Shown: positions 58,330 through 64,000 of the stretch, piece after piece
Numbering within the stretch: the stretch's first letter is position 1
Layout of the letters: each line of letters starts with the position of its first letter
NCBI GenBank assembly: GCA_016718805.1
Contig: JADKCP010000003.1
Coordinates: 455,564 to 519,563 of the forward strand
DNA from: Bacteroidota bacterium
GTDB taxonomy: Bacteria; Bacteroidota; Bacteroidia; UBA4408
DNA length: 64,000 bases
Direction: 5' to 3'
The notes under the pieces: model-generated
The model's input: only the letters and a program-made list of their open reading frames with translations
The model's database searches: none
Told to the model about the DNA's origin: nothing
Made by a program: the position numbers and the translations under genes

Positions 58330-60683
58330 TTAATTGCCTTAGGTTTATTTAATTCCTGCAATAATTTTCGTTCTCCATTTACCGTAGCAGTAATCCAGGC
58401 ATCTTTGATACCCTTGGCAATTACTTTTTTCTGCAGTTGTTTTGCTTCTGCTAATGTTTCAAAATTTCCCATGGTAAATCGGGTTATGCCGTCTTGTAAC
58501 AACAAAGTTTCAGCAGTTCCAAATTCTTTCAATTGTGGGTATTTAAAATTCTTAGGATGGCGATAAGCACCTATTTGAACTTTATAAAATACTCCGTATT
58601 GCGCAGTCGATTTATCGGGTGTTGTACTATTGGTTGGAGCATCAGTTAACGCTGTGTGAGTAGTATTTGTGCTACTTGCTTGCTTTGTGTTTTGATTTTC
58701 CGTAGTACCTGTTGTTGCCAATTGTTGTTGCTCAACAGCAACCGTATCGCTACTATTTTGTGTTACTTGCGAGGTGTTTTTAAGGTTAGCAGTTTGAAGG
58801 ACGATTAAACTATCTTGTTTCCTTTGTTCAGCTAATTGCTGCGATTTCAATAAATAGTTTTGTGCTAAAATTCGTTTTATGGTTGCTTCGGTAGCTACAC
58901 GATAAGATGAAGTATATACAGGAGTAGCCGACAAACGCTCTTCTTCCCGTTCACGGGCAAGCGCAATTAAATGATCATCGTCTAAACTCATGCTGTCGAG
59001 CTTAGAAATTTCTTCTTCGAGTTTAGAAAAAATAAATCCTATAGTATCCTTACTTACAATGCGCTCGCCTTTAAATGCATCGTTATAAAGATGTATGTCT
59101 TGAATCACTTCTACCGCTCTACTCAGCGAAGAGGTGCCAATGTATTCAGTATGTTTTTTATAACCATTCGCTTCAAAACTAATTTTATAATTCTGGTAAG
59201 GAAGTAATACCAACAAATAATTCCCCGTTGCACTGTTCGAATAAAATTTTCCTACTTCATGATTGTCTTTTTTGTCGCGCACAATAATTTCGGCCTTTAC
59301 AGGATTTTCATTACCTCTTACCTTACCTTTTATCACTGCAATTTGTGGCTTACGTCCCGGAATCCCAGGAGTAATGCTGTAAATGTCTTGCTGCCCAAGT
59401 CCTTCATCCACACCCGACGAATAATAAGCATGTGCACCGTTTGAGCTAATTGAAATATATTTATCGTCGGTTGAGGTATTCACCGGAAATCCAATATTTT
59501 CGGGAGCACCCATCGAATCACCCAAAACTTCAGCTTTAAAAATATCGTATCCTCCAATGCTATTATGTCCTTCTGAACTAAAATAAAATAGCTTGTTATT
59601 GGGATGAATAAAAGGAGCGTCTTCGTTGTAAGCGGTATTAATGCCGGGACCTAAATTTATTGCAGGACCCCATTCGTTATTGGCGTCCAAACTTGAGGTA
59701 TAAATATCTCTTCCGCCAAAACCACCCGGACGATTGCTTGTGAAATAAATCGTTTTTTCATCGCCACTCATGCTTATACTTCCTTCCCATGAATCGCTAT
59801 TGATGTTTTTATTTAGTCGTTTCGATGTTGACCAATCATAGCCATCTAAGGTGGAAACATAAATATCGCCCTTGTCTTTTTTGCTTGCTTTATAAACAAA
59901 TAATTTCTGTCCATCCACCGAAAGCGCAATAGCAGCATCGTGGTTGTTGGTGTTGATAGTACCAAGTGGTTCGGGATACAACCAATGGGTACCTACTTTA
60001 TAGGAAATAAAAATATCTTCGTAATATTCGCCTTCACTATCAGGTCGGTTGTTCGCATTCTGTTTTCCGCCTTTACTGCGTTCACCTCGATACGTAAATA
60101 TCATAAACGATTCATCGCTGGCAATTACCGGAACATACTCCGAATTATCTGTATTTACAGGTTGTCCAATGTTATCAATACGCGTTGTAATTGGGTTTTT
60201 AATAACTTCTTTTCCGTGTTTGCAATAGTCGATAAAATGAGTGATATCAATTTTTGTTTCTCCTTTTTTTGCAGGAATAGCAGCGTAGGTAGTAAACGAT
60301 TGTATAGCTTGGTCGTAATAATAATTGTACAAATATGCCCTGCCTAAATAATAATCAATGTCAGCTAAATCGGGCTTTCTTTGTTTAACATCCTGCAAAT
60401 ACAGCAAAGCTTTATCGTGTTTGCTGGATGCATGTAAAAAACAAATTCCGGTTTTAAATTTAAACAATACCGATTGAGGATAGTGAGCGCAAAGACTATC
60501 AAACAAGGGCATAGCTGCAATAAAATTGTTCAAGTCAAACAACTCATCTGCCTTCATTAATAAGTTTTCATCCTGCAGACTTATGGTAGCTAAAGTATCA
60601 CTAGTATTCGCTGTTTGAGAAATTGAATTAAAACATAAAAAACATCCCAACAAGACCAAATATTGCTTCAATTTTGAGCGCAT
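58326..60683 (-). CDS. envelope protein: N-terminal TPR-like region + PD40/TolB-like beta-propeller repeats + C-terminal SPOR-like peptidoglycan-binding domain
   Basis: Signal peptide. PD40-type repeats (GDIYVS..., RDIYTS..., YDIFKA...). C-terminal YKVQIGAYRHPKNF...FETLAEAKQL is SPOR-like. Confidence 0.55.
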   Translation of the reverse strand: MRSKLKQYLVLLGCFLCFNSISQTANTSDTLATISLQDENLLMKADELFDLNNFIAAMPLFDSLCAHYPQSVLFKFKTGICFLHASSKHDKALLYLQDVKQRKPDLADIDYYLGRAYLYNYYYDQAIQSFTTYAAIPAKKGETKIDITHFIDYCKHGKEVIKNPITTRIDNIGQPVNTDNSEYVPVIASDESFMIFTYRGERSKGGKQNANNRPDSEGEYYEDIFISYKVGTHWLYPEPLGTINTNNHDAAIALSVDGQKLFVYKASKKDKGDIYVSTLDGYDWSTSKRLNKNINSDSWEGSISMSGDEKTIYFTSNRPGGFGGRDIYTSSLDANNEWGPAINLGPGINTAYNEDAPFIHPNNKLFYFSSEGHNSIGGYDIFKAEVLGDSMGAPENIGFPVNTSTDDKYISISSNGAHAYYSSGVDEGLGQQDIYSITPGIPGRKPQIAVIKGKVRGNENPVKAEIIVRDKKDNHEVGKFYSNSATGNYLLVLLPYQNYKISFEANGYKKHTEYIGTSSLSRAVEVIQDIHLYNDAFKGERIVSKDTIGFIFSKLEEEISKLDSMSLDDDHLIALAREREEERLSATPVYTSSYRVATEATIKRILAQNYLLKSQQLAEQRKQDSLIVLQTANLKNTSQVTQNSSDTVAVEQQQLATTGTTENQNTKQASSTNTTHTALTDAPTNSTTPDKSTAQYGVFYKVQIGAYRHPKNFKYPQLKEFGTAETLLLQDGITRFTMGNFETLAEAKQLQKKVIAKGIKDAWITATVNGERKLLQELNKPKAIN

Positions 60684-60905
60684 TTGTTTTCGATTTTAAG
60701 TATAAAGGTTAAAATATTTATTGGTTTTAAGAGACTTATCGAAGATATTTTTCACCTGTATTATGTTCATAAAATTGCTTGAAAGTGGCGATAACAATTT
60801 TTGTATTTTCTTTTTGACTTAAGTTGTTAATTTTGGAGCGTTCAAAATCGAACTTGTTGTTATTAAACGATAACAAGGTAGATTTTATAATTAAACTTAT
60901 ATTTT

Positions 60906-62105
60906 ATGAAAATGATTTTCAAGTCTAAATTTTTAGTTGCGTTAGTTTTTGGTGCATGTTTAAGTTCTATAAGACTTTATGCGCAAGAAATTAATTTTAT
61001 TTCTGGGGACGTTCATTCAGCCCGTGAAAAAGCTAAAGAAAGCAACAAGTTGATATTTGTTGACGCTTACACATCCTGGTGTGGTCCCTGCAAATGGATG
61101 GCAAAAAATGTTTTTACAAATCCTGAAGTAGCAGCCGTTTACAATGAAAAGTTTGTGTGTTTAAAATTGGATATGGAAAAAGGAGAAGGTGTAGAGTTTG
61201 CGCAGAAGTATGATGTAAATTCTTATCCAACCTTTTTATTTCTTGATGCTGAAGGAAACAGAGTACATCAAACATGTGGTAAGAAGGATGCAAGTGCATT
61301 TATTAAAGATGGAAAAGATGCCCTCGTTCCGGAAACACAATTAATTACTTTTCAAAAAAGATATGATAAAGGTGGAGAATTTGAACTTAGTTTTTTGAAA
61401 ACATATGCCACTATGCTCAGCAATGCAGGAATGAATGCTGCAAGAGTTGTAGATGAACTGGTAAGTCACAATTCAGCCACCGATTTGATCAACAAAGAAG
61501 ATTTTTATTTGCTAAGTGAATATGCGGAATTAGGTAATAAACCTTTTGAATTTATTCAGCAATACCGTGAAAAGTACGAGGGCATGATTGGGACGAATGA
61601 CTATACACAATTTATCCATTCAATTTTTTTGGCAGAAGCGGTGCGTGCAGCTAAAAATAAAGCATCCGATCAACTCGAAAAGACCAAGGAACTTGTTCAA
61701 AGCTATGGTGTAGAAAACAATGGAGAGTTGATAGCTCACATGGATTGGAAGTTTGCTCAAATTGATAAATCAAATTTATTTCAGGCAGCGAAAACCTATA
61801 TCGAGAGTTATAAAATGGAAGATGCTGCCGAATTAAACAATGCTGCATGGGCAATTTTTGAAAACAGTAACGAAATGCGTCAAGTTGAAATTGCAGCCGA
61901 TTGGTCGCTTAAATCTGTAAAATTAGATCGTAACTTTGCCAATACCGATACATATGCGCATCTGCTTTCAAGACTCGGTAGGGAAGATGAAGCAATGTCC
62001 ATGGCAAGAGTTTCAATTGATCTCGGCAAGAAAAACAACGAAGATACACGCGAGACAGAAACTCTTTTGAAACAATTAGAAAGTACTAAGAAACCAAGAA
62101 AATAA
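60906..62105 (+). CDS. thioredoxin-fold protein (WCGPC active site) with long alpha-helical C-terminal extension, secreted
   Basis: Signal peptide. YTSWCGPCKWM. Confidence 0.65.
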   Translation: MKMIFKSKFLVALVFGACLSSIRLYAQEINFISGDVHSAREKAKESNKLIFVDAYTSWCGPCKWMAKNVFTNPEVAAVYNEKFVCLKLDMEKGEGVEFAQKYDVNSYPTFLFLDAEGNRVHQTCGKKDASAFIKDGKDALVPETQLITFQKRYDKGGEFELSFLKTYATMLSNAGMNAARVVDELVSHNSATDLINKEDFYLLSEYAELGNKPFEFIQQYREKYEGMIGTNDYTQFIHSIFLAEAVRAAKNKASDQLEKTKELVQSYGVENNGELIAHMDWKFAQIDKSNLFQAAKTYIESYKMEDAAELNNAAWAIFENSNEMRQVEIAADWSLKSVKLDRNFANTDTYAHLLSRLGREDEAMSMARVSIDLGKKNNEDTRETETLLKQLESTKKPRK

Positions 62106-62297
62106 GTATTAATTAAGCACTCAACAGCATCTCAAAAGGATGCTGTTGTTGTTTTTATGATACTCGTCAGGAGTTGAACTATGGGCGTAAAATTGTTTAC
62201 TTTTGCACCGGCTTAAACTACCTATATTCGTGAATAGTTTGCGTTGCTAAATTCAAAAAAAGTTTTTATCTAAGTATATTCATCAAAACGAATTACA

Positions 62298-63290
62298 ATG
62301 AACGATGTTTTAAAAGACCATAAATACATTAAGGCAATCACCAAATTATCGGACGAAATCGACGACCGTTACGAATTTCACAAACAGGTTTCACCTATTT
62401 TGGTTGAGATGGGCAACGATAAAGAATTCTTAAAAGAGGTAATTCGACGCAACTTTACTGATAGTGGCTATTTATCTCAAACGTGGAGTTTGTATAACAT
62501 TCCTTATTTCTTTGTATTTGAAAATGAACACGTGAATGTAAAAATTCACTTGTTTCCTCGGCATCAAAAAAAGATAGATGGTATTGCAGCACATTGCATA
62601 CATCATCACAATAATTACTTGCTTACCAGCAATGCATTTTTTGGTTCCGGTTACGAAAGTATGCTGTTTAATAAAGAGGTAAATCTCAATGAAAATGATT
62701 TGAGCGTAAAGCTAAAAGTAAGCAAGCATTTTCATCAAAAGGACTGGAATCCATCGCTGGTGGATAGTTGGGAACCACATGTGGTTTTTATTCCCGAAGC
62801 ACTCTCGGCAACGCTGGTTGTTTGGACACCCGATAAAAAGCGAACTACCGATAATTTGCGTTCAAACCCGGTATTAAAGGCCATTAAAGGGCCCTTACGT
62901 TGGGCGATTCATACCTTAGGCTTAACCGAAAAATTTGGTATAGCTGCTAAAAACACTTTTCAGTTTTATCCAACAAAAACTCCACTTGGCTACAAAGCTA
63001 TTGAAGAAAACGAATATTTTGCACCCACGCGTGCCGCCACCGGAGTCGAAGTTGATGAATATAGCATGCGCATGATATTCGACTTTTTGCAACAAGCCGA
63101 TTTAATTGAACCTGAATTTTTGAAGCAAGTAAGAGCCAATAGAGAAACGCCGGCCTATTACCATAAATGGATAGATATGGTACTACGCAACGAGAAAGTT
63201 CCGGAAGTTTTTCACCGCGAAGAAATTAATATTCCCATCCGAGCTTATACCCGTGCCGATATTTTAGCTGCTTCTGCTGCCATCGCTTAA
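62298..63290 (+). CDS. hypothetical cytoplasmic protein, His-rich segment (HCIHHHNNY), possible cupin-like metal site
   Basis: No signal peptide. No family assignable by eye. Confidence 0.35.
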   Translation: MNDVLKDHKYIKAITKLSDEIDDRYEFHKQVSPILVEMGNDKEFLKEVIRRNFTDSGYLSQTWSLYNIPYFFVFENEHVNVKIHLFPRHQKKIDGIAAHCIHHHNNYLLTSNAFFGSGYESMLFNKEVNLNENDLSVKLKVSKHFHQKDWNPSLVDSWEPHVVFIPEALSATLVVWTPDKKRTTDNLRSNPVLKAIKGPLRWAIHTLGLTEKFGIAAKNTFQFYPTKTPLGYKAIEENEYFAPTRAATGVEVDEYSMRMIFDFLQQADLIEPEFLKQVRANRETPAYYHKWIDMVLRNEKVPEVFHREEINIPIRAYTRADILAASAAIA

Positions 63291-63740
63291 GGTTTTGCTT
63301 TCAGTGGGTTGATTTACTATTTCCTTCTTTCTAAGTTTATTTAGCAAGTAGGAAAGTGTAATAATTTCATTCGTTTCGAACCAGCTTAAAAGTAGGGCGC
63401 ACCAAATACACAATGGCACCAAGCAATAAATTAAACCGTTGTACCAAAAGCCTAAGAAATTATAAACATGAGCTTTTTGAGGATTGCTTTTTAAATAAAT
63501 AACCGGTAATAACTCACCTTGTTTGTAGGACACATTCGGTTCAGCTTCGAAACTATAATATGCAGTGTCAGTGCTGAATTCGACGCGTACTTGTTGCATC
63601 AAACCTGATGTATAATACAAGGCTTTCCCAGTTGTAAATTCAGCCTTGCGAATAAATTCATACTTGTTTAAGTAGTAGTACAACGAAATAACCAGAACTC
63701 CTCCCCAAATTAAACTATTGCGTGAAATCTTTATTTGCAT
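63264..63740 (-). CDS. hypothetical membrane protein (two TM helices flanking a beta-rich segment)
   Basis: Hydrophobic N- and C-terminal helices. Confidence 0.35.
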   Translation of the reverse strand: MQIKISRNSLIWGGVLVISLYYYLNKYEFIRKAEFTTGKALYYTSGLMQQVRVEFSTDTAYYSFEAEPNVSYKQGELLPVIYLKSNPQKAHVYNFLGFWYNGLIYCLVPLCIWCALLLSWFETNEIITLSYLLNKLRKKEIVNQPTESKTLSDGSRSS

Positions 63741-63875
63741 CTTTTAAAAATCAATCGCTTCGGGTTTGTTCAACTGGTGCTCCCAATTTAAATAATGTTT
63801 TTTAGAAGCGACTAAAAGCGCATTGCATTCAGTATTACTGTTCTTTTTTAATAAAATAGTTCAACTTCAACATCT

Positions 63876-64000
63876 TACTCCTGCAACACAACAACCTTAG
63901 CTCGCCGTACCCCATTGCCCGATTGTAAGCGCAGAGAATAAATGCCATTGGCCAAATTTGGTACATTTATTTGTTGAAAGGTGCTCCATTGTGGCAGACT
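63876..64000 (-). CDS. 3' end of a gene ending in a T9SS C-terminal sorting domain (partial; rest beyond window end)
   Basis: Reverse complement reads ...PQWSTFQQINVPNLANGIYSLRLQSGNGVRRAKVVVLQE*. Stop at 63876-63878. Confidence 0.45.

Overview
This 64 kb window looks like a chromosomal segment from a member of the Bacteroidota. The evidence is many genes ending in type-IX-secretion (T9SS) C-terminal sorting domains, a type III glutamine synthetase, a Bacteroidetes-style short sigma-A, roughly 38-40% GC, and promoters that look like TAnnTTTG rather than Shine-Dalgarno type.

Housekeeping genes I can call from the sequence are rpoD, tRNA-Pro(GGG), rpmH, carB, ttcA, hemN, rarA, an lpxL-like acyltransferase, an M16 zinc peptidase, a fadD-like ligase, dnaX, an ECF-like sigma factor with a YciI partner, ctaA, rplU-rpmA, rluF, a DEAD-box helicase, glnN (GSIII) and a SPOR/PD40/TPR envelope protein. 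These are interspersed with at least 12 T9SS cargo genes.

The most unusual structure is the first 11 kb. It is a head-to-tail array of five paralogous T9SS-secreted proteins on the minus strand. Each has 20-residue bacterial 'LPX' (YopM/IpaH-class) leucine-rich repeats encoded by very regular 60-bp DNA tandem repeats. Two copies are intact. One is truncated by the window edge. One has a single homopolymer frameshift. One is a heavily decayed duplicate. The copies share near-identical blocks, and the short spacers between them carry a heptanucleotide repeat of variable copy number. This arrangement resembles an expression-site-plus-cassette system for surface or secreted protein variation.

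Other accessory features are a HigB/Gp49-like toxin with an XRE antitoxin, bracketed by a perfect 16-bp direct repeat, and G6/G7 tracts in the glnN promoter region. Several otherwise conserved genes are disrupted: rarA by an in-frame TAA, fadD by a -1 frameshift, and a small hypothetical gene by an in-frame TGA. This suggests either ongoing gene decay or homopolymer sequencing errors.

No CRISPR array, rRNA, transposase or integrase was found.
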